Assembly (NCBI RefSeq): GCF_965204015.1
Contig: NZ_OZ241965.1
Coordinates: forward strand, 2,090,374-2,154,373
Direction of reading: 5' to 3'
Length of the DNA stretch: 64,000 nucleotides
From: Candidatus Poriferisocius sp.
GTDB lineage: Bacteria; Actinomycetota; Acidimicrobiia; Acidimicrobiales; Bin134
Shown here: positions 36,143-46,263 of the stretch, one piece after another
How positions within the stretch are numbered: the stretch's first letter is position 1
Layout of the letters: each line of letters starts with the position of its first letter
The notes under the pieces: model-generated
Databases searched by the model: none
What the model saw: only the letters and a program-made list of their open reading frames with translations
What the model was told of the DNA's origin: nothing
Program-made: the position numbers and the translations under genes

Positions 36143-38209
36143 ATGACCGCCAGCGTCCTCGCCGCCGGAGTCTTGGAAGACACCATCCGGGCGTTCTTCC
36201 AGGGCCTGCCCATCGGCGCGGGGTTCGCCCTGGTGGCCATGAGCTTCGTGCTCACCTACAAGACCTCCGGGGTGTTCAACCTGGCCTTCGGAGCGCAGGC
36301 CTTCATCAGCGCGGCCACCTACTTCGAGCTGCACGTGCGGCGCGACTGGCCCATCTGGTCGGCAGTTCTGGTGGCGGTGGTCCTGGTGGCCCCGGTTCTC
36401 GGCCTACTGCTTGAACGACTGATATTCCGCCACATCCACGCTTCCTCCGCGGTGGCCAAGCTGGTCATCTCACTCGGCCTTCTCGTCGCCCTGCCCGAGC
36501 TGTTCAAGCTCATCGTCGACTACAACCGCGAGCAACCCTTCGGCGCGGTGGGCATCATCCCCGACGGCACCACCGTCTACCGGCTGTTCGGCCGCTACCC
36601 CGTCACCCGCGACGAAATCGCCGCCTTCGTCATCGTGGTAGCCGCCGCCCTAGCCCTGGCCGCCCTGTTCCGCTACACCCGCTTGGGCCTGCGCATCCGG
36701 GCGGTGGTGCAGAGCCCGCGCATGACCGAGCTCAACGGGGTCAACGCCGACTGGGTGTCGTCGGGCTCGTGGATGCTGTCCAGCTTCTTCGCCGGTCTGG
36801 CCGGGGTGCTGCTGGTGCCCACCACGTCGTCGTTGGGCACGGTGCTGGAGCCAACCGGATACTTCCCGATCGTGATCTCCGCGTTGGCCGCCGCCGCGCT
36901 GGGCCGTCTGGTGAGCCTGCCCGCCGCCATGTTCGGCGGCCTGCTGCTGGGGGTGGTCACCACCCAGATGCGCACGCACGTGCCCCGAGACAACGTCATC
37001 TTGGCCGAGTTGCAGGGCCCCGCGCTGCCCTATGTGATGCTGTTCGCCATCATCGTGTTCTGGCCGGCCATCCGCCGCCAGGTGGCCGGCGCCGACCCGT
37101 TGCTGGGGGTGTCGCCGCCCCCGCCCGCGCTGGCCGCCACCAGCCGCAGCCGGGGCATGACCATCTACACCCGGATAATGGCCCTGGCCTTTTTCACTGC
37201 GGTGGGCATCTGGACATTCGGCTACGCCAACAACTTCTGGATTTCCCGCATCACCCACTCGGTGATCTTCTCCATCATCTTCTTGTCCATCGTGGTGTTC
37301 ACCGGCCTCGGCGGCCAGATCGCCCTGTGCCAGGTGACCTTCGCGGCCATCGGGGCGTTCGGCGCCATGCAGTTCGCCCAGCGCTGGGACATCTCGGTGA
37401 TCGTCGGCATGCTGGCCGGCGCGGCCATAGCCGCCGCGGTGGGGGCAGTGCTCAGCATTCCGGTGATGCGGTTGGGGGGCATCTGGCTGGCCATCGCCAC
37501 CTTGGCCTTCGCGCTGTTCTTCCACGACGTGCTGGTGAAGTACAGCTGGGTGGGCGGATCGCTGTTCCACGGCCGCGGGGTACCCCGGCCCGAGTTCTTG
37601 GGCGTCGACTTCTCCAGCCGCGAGAACTTCCTCATCTTGTGCATCGCCGTTCTGGTGCTGGTGGGGGTGCTGGTGATCCTCATCCGCGAATCCAGCACCG
37701 GCATGGCTCTGCGAGCGCTGCGAGGGTCGGAGACCGCGGCCGAGTCCATCGGGGTGATCTCGTGGCGGTCCCGAGTCATCGTGTTCTCGGTGTCGGCCGG
37801 AATCGCCGCCATCGGCGGGGGGCTGTTGGCCATGGAGGAGAGGCTGGTGGGATACGAGGCCAACTTCGACCCCCAGACCGGGCTGTTCTGGCTGGTGATC
37901 GTGGTGGTGCTCGGTACCCGCACCGTGGAGGGCGGCATCCAGGCCGGCGTCGCCTTCGTGATCTTCCCCGAGCTGGTGCTCCACCGCTGGCTCGGGCTCG
38001 ACGGGGCGTGGCGATTCGTTCTGTTCGGATTCGCCGCCATCTCCTTCGCCCGCCATCCCGAGGGTCTGCTCGAACACGGCAAGCGCCGCTCGCAGGCCAT
38101 GATGCAGCGCATGTTCGCCCGCCGCGAACAGACTATGGCCACTGCCGGGGCCGCAGCCGGCACCGGGCCGGCAATCGACGCCGGGTCCGAAACAGGAGAT
38201 GAGCCGTGA
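36143..38209 (+). CDS. fused LivH-LivM-type ABC permease
   Basis: The N-terminal third resembles LivH ('LTYKTSGVFNLAFGAQ'). The C-terminal part resembles LivM ('GLGGQIALCQVTFAAIGAFG'). It is a single 688-aa ORF. Confidence 0.9.
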   Translation: MTASVLAAGVLEDTIRAFFQGLPIGAGFALVAMSFVLTYKTSGVFNLAFGAQAFISAATYFELHVRRDWPIWSAVLVAVVLVAPVLGLLLERLIFRHIHASSAVAKLVISLGLLVALPELFKLIVDYNREQPFGAVGIIPDGTTVYRLFGRYPVTRDEIAAFVIVVAAALALAALFRYTRLGLRIRAVVQSPRMTELNGVNADWVSSGSWMLSSFFAGLAGVLLVPTTSSLGTVLEPTGYFPIVISALAAAALGRLVSLPAAMFGGLLLGVVTTQMRTHVPRDNVILAELQGPALPYVMLFAIIVFWPAIRRQVAGADPLLGVSPPPPALAATSRSRGMTIYTRIMALAFFTAVGIWTFGYANNFWISRITHSVIFSIIFLSIVVFTGLGGQIALCQVTFAAIGAFGAMQFAQRWDISVIVGMLAGAAIAAAVGAVLSIPVMRLGGIWLAIATLAFALFFHDVLVKYSWVGGSLFHGRGVPRPEFLGVDFSSRENFLILCIAVLVLVGVLVILIRESSTGMALRALRGSETAAESIGVISWRSRVIVFSVSAGIAAIGGGLLAMEERLVGYEANFDPQTGLFWLVIVVVLGTRTVEGGIQAGVAFVIFPELVLHRWLGLDGAWRFVLFGFAAISFARHPEGLLEHGKRRSQAMMQRMFARREQTMATAGAAAGTGPAIDAGSETGDEP

Positions 38210-38976
38210 GCCTGCTGGTGGCCGACGGCATCACCAAGCGGTTCGCGGGCATCACCGCCCTCGAAGATGTGAGCATCGCGCTCGAAGAGGGGGAGCGGGT
38301 GGGCCTCATCGGCCCCAACGGCGCGGGCAAGACCACCCTGTTCAACTGTCTTTTGGGCCTGCTGCGCCCCGACGCCGGATCGGTGGGCTTCGATGATCAC
38401 GACATCACCCGGCTGCCCGTCTACCGCCGGGCCCGGCTGGGTATCGGCCGCACCTTCCAGCGGGTGGAGCTGTTCAGCGGCTCATCGGTGCGCGACCACC
38501 TGCTGTTCGCCCACCGCATCCGCAGCGGCACCGGCGCCCTCTGGAAAGACGTGCTCGGCCTAGGCTTGCCCAAACCGGCCGAGATCGAGCGCTGCGACTC
38601 CCTTTTGGAGAGCCTTGGGCTGGGCGGCATGGGCGACGAGCCCATCGAGGCCCTCAGCCTGGGCCAGAGCCGGCTGGTGGAAGTGGCCCGAGCGCTTATG
38701 ACCCAGCCCCGGGTGGTGCTGCTCGACGAGCCCTCTTCCGGGCTGGACCGGGCCGAGACCAACGCCCTGGCCGAGACCCTGGCCCGCATCCAATCCGAGC
38801 AGGGGTTCGGCCTGTTGCTGGTGGAGCACGACGTGGAGTTGGTGGCCTCGTTCACCGAGCGCACCTACGTGCTCGACTTCGGGCGGCTCATCACCAGCGG
38901 CGCCACCCCTGAGGTAATGCGCGACCCCGAGGTGCGGGCTGCGTACCTAGGGGATTTCGTGACGGGCACATCATGA
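38206..38976 (+). CDS. ABC ATP-binding protein (LivG-like)
   Basis: It has Walker A 'GPNGAGKTT', the signature 'LSLGQSRLVEVARAL' and Walker B 'VVLLDEPSSGL'. A GTGA overlap links it to the permease. Confidence 0.9.
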   Translation: MSLLVADGITKRFAGITALEDVSIALEEGERVGLIGPNGAGKTTLFNCLLGLLRPDAGSVGFDDHDITRLPVYRRARLGIGRTFQRVELFSGSSVRDHLLFAHRIRSGTGALWKDVLGLGLPKPAEIERCDSLLESLGLGGMGDEPIEALSLGQSRLVEVARALMTQPRVVLLDEPSSGLDRAETNALAETLARIQSEQGFGLLLVEHDVELVASFTERTYVLDFGRLITSGATPEVMRDPEVRAAYLGDFVTGTS

Positions 38977-39746
38977 ACGACACAATTACCACCCCCGACC
39001 CCGCCGGCATGGCCACCCCCACCCCACTGGTGATCCCAGTGCTGGAGATGCGCCACGTAAACGCCGCCTACGGACCGTTCCGAGCCCTGTTCGATGTGTC
39101 TCTCACAGTGGGAGAAGGCGAGACCGTGGCCCTTTTGGGCCGCAACGGCGCGGGCAAGACCACTGTGGCCCGGGTGGCCAGCGGCCTGGTGGAGCCCACC
39201 GAGGGCGAGGTCATGGTCGACGGAAACGACTTCACCAGGGTGCGGGCCCACCGCTACGCCAAAGCCGGGGTGGTGCACGTGCCCGAGGGCCGGGCCGTGT
39301 TCCCCGACTTCACCGTGGAGGAGAACCTGACCCTGGCCTTCTCCCGCACCCACGACCGCTCCGGGGTGCGCGACGCCCTCGCCCGGGCATTCGAGATGTT
39401 CCCTCCCATCGCCCAGCGCCGCCGCCAGATCGCCGGCACCCTCTCAGGCGGCGAACAGCGCATGCTGGCCATGGCCCGGGTGCTGGTGGAAACCCCCCGG
39501 CTGCTCATCGCCGACGAGCTCTCCTTGGGCCTGGCCCCCAAAATCACCGACGAGGTGTACTCAGTGCTGGGTCGCATCCGCGATGCCGGCACGTCGCTGC
39601 TAATCGTCGAACAGCACATGGGCCACGCCCTGGCCCTGTGCGACCGGGCCGTCTTGCTGGACCACGGCGCCATCGCCTGGCAGGGCCCCACCGAAGAAGC
39701 CGCCGAAGCCATAGGCACCGCCCTGTTTGACACGGGCGGTCGATAG
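38973..39746 (+). CDS. ABC ATP-binding protein (LivF-like)
   Basis: It has the motifs 'GRNGAGKTT', 'LSGGEQRMLAMARVL' and 'LLIADELSLGL', plus an ATGA overlap. Confidence 0.9.
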   Translation: MNDTITTPDPAGMATPTPLVIPVLEMRHVNAAYGPFRALFDVSLTVGEGETVALLGRNGAGKTTVARVASGLVEPTEGEVMVDGNDFTRVRAHRYAKAGVVHVPEGRAVFPDFTVEENLTLAFSRTHDRSGVRDALARAFEMFPPIAQRRRQIAGTLSGGEQRMLAMARVLVETPRLLIADELSLGLAPKITDEVYSVLGRIRDAGTSLLIVEQHMGHALALCDRAVLLDHGAIAWQGPTEEAAEAIGTALFDTGGR

Positions 39747-39761
39747 TCAATAATTGGGCCC

Positions 39762-40961
39762 ATGAGCACGAAAACCGTTGAGTTCGATCCGTTCAGCCGG
39801 GACTTCTTCGACGATCCCTACGACACCTACGCCGACCTGCGGGAACACGCCCCCTGCTACTACAGCGAGCAGTACGACTTCTACGCTCTGAGCCGCTTCG
39901 ACGATGTGGTGGCCGGTCACCGCGATTACGCCACCTTCAGCTCCACCCACGGCCAGACCTACGAGCAGTTGGCTACCGGGGAGCCCACCGAGATGGGCTC
40001 CATCATCTCCATGGACCCGCCCGAGCACACCCGCTACCGCAAGCTGGTGTCGCGCTCGTTCACCCCCCGCTCCATCGGCAACTACGAGGCGCTGGTGCGC
40101 GAGATCATCAGCGGCTATCTCGATCCGCTCATGGGCCGCCGCCAGTTCGACATCCTCGAGGAGTTCGCCGCCCCGTTCCCCGTCGAGATCATCTCCACCA
40201 TCTTGGGCGTGCCTCCCGAAGATCGTCAGCAGATCAGGCATTGGACCGACGCCATGCTCCACCGCGAAGAGGGCTCGGCCATGGGCAGCCAGGCCGCCGC
40301 CGAAGCGGGCATGGCCCAGGGCATGTACTTGTTCCAGCTCTCCCAGCAGAAACGGGCCGAACCGGCCGGCGACATGCTCTCCGCGCTGATCGAGGCCGAG
40401 GTGGAAACCGAGGACGGCGATCTCACCCAACTCGACGACGCCGAGATCGCCGCGTTGGGCACTCTGTTGGCCGCCGCCGGATCGGAGACGGTCACCAAGC
40501 TGGTGGGCAACGCGATGGTGCTGTTCCACCGCCACCCCAACCAATGGGCCAAGGTGCTGAACGATCCCAGCGTCCTCGACAATGCGGTGGAGGAGATACT
40601 CCGCTACTGGGCGCCCTCGCAGTACCAGGGCCGCTACTCCATGGTCGACTCCGAGTGGCACGGGGTGACCATCCCCAAGCACAAGCCGGTGTTTCTGATC
40701 ACCGGCGCGGCCAACCGCGACCCCCGCCGCTACGACGATCCCGACAAATTCGACATCACCCGAGAGCCCGGCCTGGCCGTGGGCCTGGGCCACGGCCTGC
40801 ACGTGTGCTTGGGCGCGGCGCTGGCCCGTCTGGAGAGCCGGGTGGCCATCGAGGAAATCGCCCGCCGCTGGCCCGCCTTCGAGGTAAACGAAGAGGGCCT
40901 GCGCCGAGTGCAGATGTCCAACGTGGCCGGCTACTCCTCAGTCCCGATCGCCGTCTCTTAG
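39762..40961 (+). CDS. cytochrome P450
   Basis: It has the heme loop 'GLGHGLHVCLGAALA' and the ExxR motif 'EEILRYWAP'. Confidence 0.9.
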   Translation: MSTKTVEFDPFSRDFFDDPYDTYADLREHAPCYYSEQYDFYALSRFDDVVAGHRDYATFSSTHGQTYEQLATGEPTEMGSIISMDPPEHTRYRKLVSRSFTPRSIGNYEALVREIISGYLDPLMGRRQFDILEEFAAPFPVEIISTILGVPPEDRQQIRHWTDAMLHREEGSAMGSQAAAEAGMAQGMYLFQLSQQKRAEPAGDMLSALIEAEVETEDGDLTQLDDAEIAALGTLLAAAGSETVTKLVGNAMVLFHRHPNQWAKVLNDPSVLDNAVEEILRYWAPSQYQGRYSMVDSEWHGVTIPKHKPVFLITGAANRDPRRYDDPDKFDITREPGLAVGLGHGLHVCLGAALARLESRVAIEEIARRWPAFEVNEEGLRRVQMSNVAGYSSVPIAVS

Positions 40962-40973
40962 CCCGCAAAGGAA

Positions 40974-41009
40974 GCGACCCCCGCCCGGCAGCGGCCGGAC
41001 AGGGGTCGC
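40974..41009. terminator. GC-rich nested hairpin between convergent genes (candidate bidirectional terminator)
   Basis: GCGACCCC (40974-40981) pairs with GGGGTCGC (41002-41009). An inner CCGGC/GCCGG stem sits inside it. There is no U-tract, as is common in high-G+C Actinomycetota. Confidence 0.5.
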
Positions 41010-41023
41010 CTCGATCTAGTCGG

Positions 41024-42514
41024 CTATCCGCCGAAGGTGCCGGTTTCGCCCTCGTAGTCGATCACGTCGCTGATGGGCACGTAGCGAGCTCCGTCGGCAT
41101 CCACCACCAATTCCTCGATGCGGCCGGCTTCCACCATGTAGGAGTCGTTGGCCCCGTCCATGGCCCGCGGGGTGTTGCCGATCGCGCCCCGGGAGTCGAA
41201 GCTCATCTGCCACATGGCCCGCATCACGTTGGTGCGGTTGATGCCGCCGTCCATCTCGGCTGCATCCAGCAGCACTTCGTGCAGAATCTCGCCGAAGATG
41301 TAGCCCAAGGCGTGGGATTCGGCATCGGGGTCGACGCCCTGGCTCTCCAGCGCGCCTCGCACGAACTGCACCCACTCGTCATCGGCCAGGGAGCTGTCGG
41401 AGAGGTCCTTCTGGGTGTTCACCAAGCGGATCCCGTTGGCCAGCGGACCGATGGGCACCCAGAACAGGGCGATGCGCTGGCACCCGTTGGCCACCATCAC
41501 CATCGGCTCCCACGGCAGGCTGGACACAGTGGCCACCGCCTGCGGGCAGAACGCTCCCGACGATGCCACCAGCAGCACATCGGCATCGCTGGCCGCCAGG
41601 TTGATCACGTCGGCGCCCACCGAGTCGGCCTGGGGGTCGTGCTGGATCTCGTCCACCACGTCTAGTCCCAATCCGGGAGCGCACTCGTTGAAGGCCACCC
41701 GCCACGCCTCGCCGGCATCGTTGTCCAGCGACAGAATGGCCACCGTTGAGCCCGATCCGAGCTCTTCGGAAACGTGCTGGCACCAGATTCGGGCCTCGGT
41801 CTCGTACGACATCAGGGCCCCGGTGGTCCACGGGTAGTTGGAGGGGTCGCCCCACTCGGGCAGGCCGGTCAGGTTCAGCAACTGCGGGATGCAGTTCTCG
41901 TTCAGCAGGTCTTGGACGGCCAGGTTGTTGGGGCTGCCCAGAATCCCGGCGAACCCCAGCAGATTCTCGACGTCGATCATCTCCTCCACATTGGTCAGCG
42001 TGCGGGCCGGCACGTAGCCGTCGTCCCGACTCACCATCACCACGTTGCGACCGTCAATCGGGCCGACGTGGTCGAAGTAGAGCTGCACGCCGTCGCTGAT
42101 GGTGCCGAACCCGGCCAGGGCGCCGGATCGGGGCAGGCTGCTGCCGAATCGGATCTCGCTGTCGGTCACCCCTTGGTAGTTGTCCCATTCACTGGGGCAC
42201 TCGGTCATGTCGATCGTCGCACCGCCGCCTAGTTCCACAATGTTGGGATCAGAGGGCTCCTCGGGCTCCGGCGCGACCTCTTCCTCATCGTCCGGTTCGG
42301 GAGCAGGCGCGGCCTCTTCCTCGTCATCCGGTTCGGGAGCGGGCGCGGCCTCATCCTCGGGCTCCGTCGCGGGTGCGGGCTCGTCGGGCGCTTCGGTGGC
42401 AGCGGCCGGTGCGGGCTCGGTTACCGGCGCGTCATCGTCGTCGTTGCCGCAGGCGCTGGCCACCAGCGCGAACACAGCCAGCAGGGCCAACAAGATCCGC
42501 CAAGATTTCGACAT
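41024..42514 (-). CDS. ABC transporter substrate-binding lipoprotein (Liv type) with a repetitive acidic tether
   Basis: It has the lipobox 'LVASACGN', followed by the linker 'APAPEPDDEEEAAPAPEPDDEEEVAPEPEEP'. An AGGAGGAG Shine-Dalgarno lies upstream. Confidence 0.85.
   Translation of the reverse strand: MSKSWRILLALLAVFALVASACGNDDDDAPVTEPAPAAATEAPDEPAPATEPEDEAAPAPEPDDEEEAAPAPEPDDEEEVAPEPEEPSDPNIVELGGGATIDMTECPSEWDNYQGVTDSEIRFGSSLPRSGALAGFGTISDGVQLYFDHVGPIDGRNVVMVSRDDGYVPARTLTNVEEMIDVENLLGFAGILGSPNNLAVQDLLNENCIPQLLNLTGLPEWGDPSNYPWTTGALMSYETEARIWCQHVSEELGSGSTVAILSLDNDAGEAWRVAFNECAPGLGLDVVDEIQHDPQADSVGADVINLAASDADVLLVASSGAFCPQAVATVSSLPWEPMVMVANGCQRIALFWVPIGPLANGIRLVNTQKDLSDSSLADDEWVQFVRGALESQGVDPDAESHALGYIFGEILHEVLLDAAEMDGGINRTNVMRAMWQMSFDSRGAIGNTPRAMDGANDSYMVEAGRIEELVVDADGARYVPISDVIDYEGETGTFGG
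42277..42348 (-). repeat. 36-bp tandem repeat (2 copies, 3 mismatches) in the lipoprotein tether
   Basis: The units span 42277-42312 and 42313-42348 by hand alignment. A degenerate third unit follows. Confidence 0.8.
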
Positions 42515-42536
42515 GGGGTCACTCCTCCTGAGATTC

Positions 42537-42552
42537 GCTCTCCGCTGAGAGC
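42537..42552 (-). other. intercistronic hairpin between the livM-like and substrate-binding genes
   Basis: The sequence is GCTCTC-cgct-GAGAGC, a perfect 6-bp stem. It lies 23-38 nt upstream of the lipoprotein start codon. Confidence 0.3.
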
Positions 42553-42612
42553 AGTCCCGATACCCTACGCGCCCCCGGCGACAATTACATCCTGGGCTCG
42601 CAGCCCCCTAGA

Positions 42613-43764
42613 TCAACCCCTCGGAGGCTGGGGGGCCACCGGCATCAACCGGGCTTTGATCCGCCGAAATCCCTGGGCAGCCCCGCCGGGCAGCGCGAAG
42701 ATGATGATGATCAAGAGGGCCCCCAAGATGGCGGTGCCATAGGGCCCCTCCAGGGCGGTGTCGGTGCCCGGCAGGGTCTGGGTCTGGCTCGACCACTCCG
42801 GCACGAACCGGATGGCCAAACCCCCCACCACCGCGCCGTGCAGGGTGCCCGCGCCGCCCACGATCAGCCCCACGATCAGCAGGATTGCCATCGCGAATCC
42901 GAATTCATCGGGCCCCACGAATCCCGAGTGCATGGCCAGCATTGTCCCGGCCACGCCGCCCACCGCGGCGCTGATGCCGAAGCTCAGCGTCTTGTATGCG
43001 GCCAGGTTCACTCCGCTGGCCGCGGCCCCCAGCGGGTTGTCCCGAATGGCCACCAGGGCCCGCCCCACCCGGCCGGCCAGAATGTTGCGCACCAGCCAGA
43101 AGCACACCAGCGCAACGATCACCAGCAAGAAGTACTTGTACACCGCCTCCTCCTGGCGGCTGGTCAAACCGTCGGGCACCCGCGACCCCACCCCCGGTAT
43201 GGCATGGAGCCACTCGGTCACAGTGTTGAGCGGCGCCCACGACGGCGCCACCAGATCGCTTTCGATTTGGAGCCCGTTGCTGCCACCGGTGCGGTCTTTC
43301 ACCTCGTCCAGGCGGATTATCGACGGGAAAACCGCCGCTACCGCAAACGTCAGCAGCCCCAGGTACAGCCCTTGGATCCGCAGGGCGGGAAGCCCGAAGA
43401 GCACCCCGAACAAGAACAGCCCCGGCACCACCACCCCGAGGGTCGACAGGTACGACCAGTGGAACTCGTTCACCAGCACCGCGGTGAGATACGCCCCCGA
43501 TCCCACGAAGAAGCTGTGGCCCAGCGACAGCTGCCCGCTGTAGCCGGTGGCGATGTTCAGCCCCAAAATGGCCACCATCATCCCGATGGCCTGGCTGAGG
43601 TTGCCCAGTCCCACCGTGTAGCGGTTGCCGAAAATGGTCGGACTGTAAGTGTCGGCGATAAGAAACGGAATCAGCACCACAACCAGGGCGAACAGCGCCC
43701 AGCCGATGATCTGGCGCTGCCGGTGCTGGCGACTGCCCGCAGGCACAACTCCCAGGCCCCTCAT
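42613..43764 (-). CDS. ABC permease (LivM-like)
   Basis: 'GYSGQLSLGHSFFVGSGAYL' is typical of LivM. It has multiple TM helices. Confidence 0.85.
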   Translation of the reverse strand: MRGLGVVPAGSRQHRQRQIIGWALFALVVVLIPFLIADTYSPTIFGNRYTVGLGNLSQAIGMMVAILGLNIATGYSGQLSLGHSFFVGSGAYLTAVLVNEFHWSYLSTLGVVVPGLFLFGVLFGLPALRIQGLYLGLLTFAVAAVFPSIIRLDEVKDRTGGSNGLQIESDLVAPSWAPLNTVTEWLHAIPGVGSRVPDGLTSRQEEAVYKYFLLVIVALVCFWLVRNILAGRVGRALVAIRDNPLGAAASGVNLAAYKTLSFGISAAVGGVAGTMLAMHSGFVGPDEFGFAMAILLIVGLIVGGAGTLHGAVVGGLAIRFVPEWSSQTQTLPGTDTALEGPYGTAILGALLIIIIFALPGGAAQGFRRIKARLMPVAPQPPRG

Positions 43765-43801
43765 ACCCGCTCCCCGAAGACCGAAACGGCCAGCGCCGGC
43801 T

Positions 43802-44743
43802 TCATACCCGCTCCACCCGGGTTGATCCGAACAGGCCCGTCGGGCGCACCAGCAGCACCACCAAGATCACCGCCACCGCGGTGGCCAGGGCCAGCTCGCT
43901 CAGGTCCAAGAACGTCACCAGCAGGTTGCGGGCCAACCCCACCACCAAACCGCCGATCACCGCGCCCACCATGGAGTCCAACCCGCCCAAAGCAGCCGCG
44001 GCCAGCGAGAAGATCAGCACCCGGAGCATGATGGAGGGCTCCAGCAGCAGGTCGGGCACCACCAGTGACCCGCCCAGGGTGCCGATGGCCGCGGCCAGCG
44101 CCCATCCGAACCCCAGCGTCGGCCCCACCCGGATGCCCACCAGCCGGGCCGATTCCAGATTCGACGACACCGCCCGGAAGGCCAAGCCCACCTTGGTGCG
44201 CGACAACAGCAGGTACAGCAAACCCACCACCGTGAACACCGTGCCGAGGTTGCCGATGGTGCGCCAGGTGAGCTGGGCGATGCCCCACTCGATGGGCGCC
44301 CCGCTGGGGAACATGCTGGGCAGGCTGCGGGTGCGGAATCCCCACACGATCCCCACCGCCGAGTCGATGATCAACAGCAGCCCCAGCGTCACAATCACCA
44401 GCGGCAGCACATGGTCGGGCGGGAACGGCCGGATGAACACCCGCTCCACAAACATCGCCACCGCCGAGCTGGCCACCATGGCGCACACCACTGCCAGAGC
44501 CACCGGCAGGCCCTGCTCCACGCTGAAGATGTAGGCCAGATACACCCCCAAAAGGGCCAGCGAGCCCTGGGCGAAGTTGATGAACCCGGTGGACTTGTAG
44601 ATCATCACCAGCGCCAGCGCCACCGACGCATAGGTGGCCCCGTCGCTCAGCCCCCGAAAGAACTGGGCCAGCCACAGCTCCCCGTTACTCAGCTTGTCGA
44701 GGGAGATGTCGAAAACGCCGAGCACAGAAGCCAGAACCACCAT
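43802..44743 (-). CDS. ABC permease (LivH-like)
   Basis: 'VMIYKSTGFINFAQGSL' is typical of LivH. Confidence 0.9.
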   Translation of the reverse strand: MVVLASVLGVFDISLDKLSNGELWLAQFFRGLSDGATYASVALALVMIYKSTGFINFAQGSLALLGVYLAYIFSVEQGLPVALAVVCAMVASSAVAMFVERVFIRPFPPDHVLPLVIVTLGLLLIIDSAVGIVWGFRTRSLPSMFPSGAPIEWGIAQLTWRTIGNLGTVFTVVGLLYLLLSRTKVGLAFRAVSSNLESARLVGIRVGPTLGFGWALAAAIGTLGGSLVVPDLLLEPSIMLRVLIFSLAAAALGGLDSMVGAVIGGLVVGLARNLLVTFLDLSELALATAVAVILVVLLVRPTGLFGSTRVERV

Positions 44744-44746
44744 CGC

Positions 44747-45460
44747 TCAGTACCCCAGGTACGCCCGGCGGACGTTGTCGTCGGCGGCCAGCTCATCGGC
44801 GGGGCCCGACAGGGCCATCTCCCCGGCCTCCAGCACATAGGCCTGGTTGGCCACTCCCAGCGCCAAAGCGGCGTTCTGCTCCACCACCAGCATGGTGGTC
44901 CCGGCTTCTTCGTTGATGGCGGTGAGCTGCTCGAACAGCGAGCGGGTGATCATCGGCGCCAACCCCAGCGACGGCTCGTCCAGCAGCAGCAAGGATGGCC
45001 GCAGCATCAGCGCCCGGGCGATGGCCAGCATCTGCTGCTCGCCCCCGCTCAGGCTGCCGGCGGTCTGGATGCGCCGCTCGCCCAGCACCGGGAAGGTCTC
45101 GTACCACTGCTCGATGTCGGCCTGCACGTCGGCGTCGGTGCGCACGAACGCCCCCGCCATCAGGTTCTCCTCCACCGAGAGATCGGGGAACGTCCCCCGG
45201 CCCTGAGGCACGTGGGCCACCCCCCGGCGCACGATGTCGGCGGTGCTCTGGCCAGCCAGCTCCTCGCCGGCCAGCTTGACCGACCCCTCGGTGCTCACCA
45301 TGGCGCACAGCGCCCGCAGCGTGGTGGTCTTGCCCGCCCCGTTGGCCCCCAGGATCACCGCAATCTGCCCCTCGTCCACCGAGAAGTCGATGCCGTGCAG
45401 CACCTGGATGTCGCCGTAGGCCGCCTTCAGCCCCGCCACCTCCAGATACGCCGAGCTCAC
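44747..45460 (-). CDS. ABC ATP-binding protein (LivF-like)
   Basis: It has the motifs 'GANGAGKTT', 'LSGGEQQMLAIARAL' and 'LLLLDEPSLGL'. Confidence 0.9.
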   Translation of the reverse strand: MSSAYLEVAGLKAAYGDIQVLHGIDFSVDEGQIAVILGANGAGKTTTLRALCAMVSTEGSVKLAGEELAGQSTADIVRRGVAHVPQGRGTFPDLSVEENLMAGAFVRTDADVQADIEQWYETFPVLGERRIQTAGSLSGGEQQMLAIARALMLRPSLLLLDEPSLGLAPMITRSLFEQLTAINEEAGTTMLVVEQNAALALGVANQAYVLEAGEMALSGPADELAADDNVRRAYLGY

Positions 45461-46218
45461 TGCGGGGCTCCCAAATAGGCCTCCACCACGGCCGGGTCGT
45501 TCTGCACCTCGGCGGGGGAGCCCTCGGCGATCTTGGCCCCGAAGTCCAGCACCACCACCTTGTTTGAAACCCCCATCACCATCCCCATGTGGTGCTCCAC
45601 CAAAAGCAGCGTCAGCGAGTGCCGCTCAGCCAGCGCCACCAGCAGATCGCCCAGCTCGCCCACCTCGGTTTGGGTCAGCCCGGTGGCCGGTTCGTCCAAC
45701 AGCAGGAGCCGGGGCCGGCCCACCAGCGCCCGGGCCAGCTCCACCCGCTTCAGGGTGCCGAACGGCAGGCCAGCGGCAGGGTGAAAGGCCACATCGGTCA
45801 AAGACAGCTCGTCCAGCGCATCCCAGGCCGTTCGGGCCAGCTCGGCCTCCTCCCGGCCCAAACCCCATCGCAACGCGGCCCGCAGCGCGCCGATATTGGA
45901 GCGGTGGTGGGCGCCCACCATCACGTTCTGAAGCACTGTCATCCCCGGCCACAGCGCCAGGTTCTGGAAGGTGCGGCCAATGCCCAGCCCGCTGATGGCG
46001 TGGGCCGGGCGGGCCAGCAGGTCGGCCCCGTCAAAGCCCACCGCCCCCTCCTGGGCGTCGTATACCCGGCTCACCACGTTGAACAAGGTGGTCTTGCCCG
46101 CCCCGTTGGGCCCGATCAGCCCGCAGATACTGCCCTCGTCCACGGTGAACGACAGATCCCGCAGGGCGGTAACCCCCCCGAACCGCACCGTGACCCCCGC
46201 CACATCCAACAAGGCCAT
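45457..46218 (-). CDS. ABC ATP-binding protein (LivG-like)
   Basis: It has the motifs 'GPNGAGKTT', 'LPFGTLKRVELARAL' and 'LLLLDEPATGL'. It overlaps the downstream gene by 4 nt. Confidence 0.9.
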   Translation of the reverse strand: MALLDVAGVTVRFGGVTALRDLSFTVDEGSICGLIGPNGAGKTTLFNVVSRVYDAQEGAVGFDGADLLARPAHAISGLGIGRTFQNLALWPGMTVLQNVMVGAHHRSNIGALRAALRWGLGREEAELARTAWDALDELSLTDVAFHPAAGLPFGTLKRVELARALVGRPRLLLLDEPATGLTQTEVGELGDLLVALAERHSLTLLLVEHHMGMVMGVSNKVVVLDFGAKIAEGSPAEVQNDPAVVEAYLGAPQ

Positions 46219-46263
46219 AACCCCCCCGACCCTACTGCTCCCGGTCAGGCCAACCGGGAAGGC

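Noticed and set aside
4970-44940. Actinobacterial LexA/SOS boxes (TCGAAC-N4-GTTCGA) searched by eye
   Set aside because: The TCGAAC half-sites I found (near 4975, 24566, 33260, 38066 and 44930) all lack the inverted partner and are intragenic.
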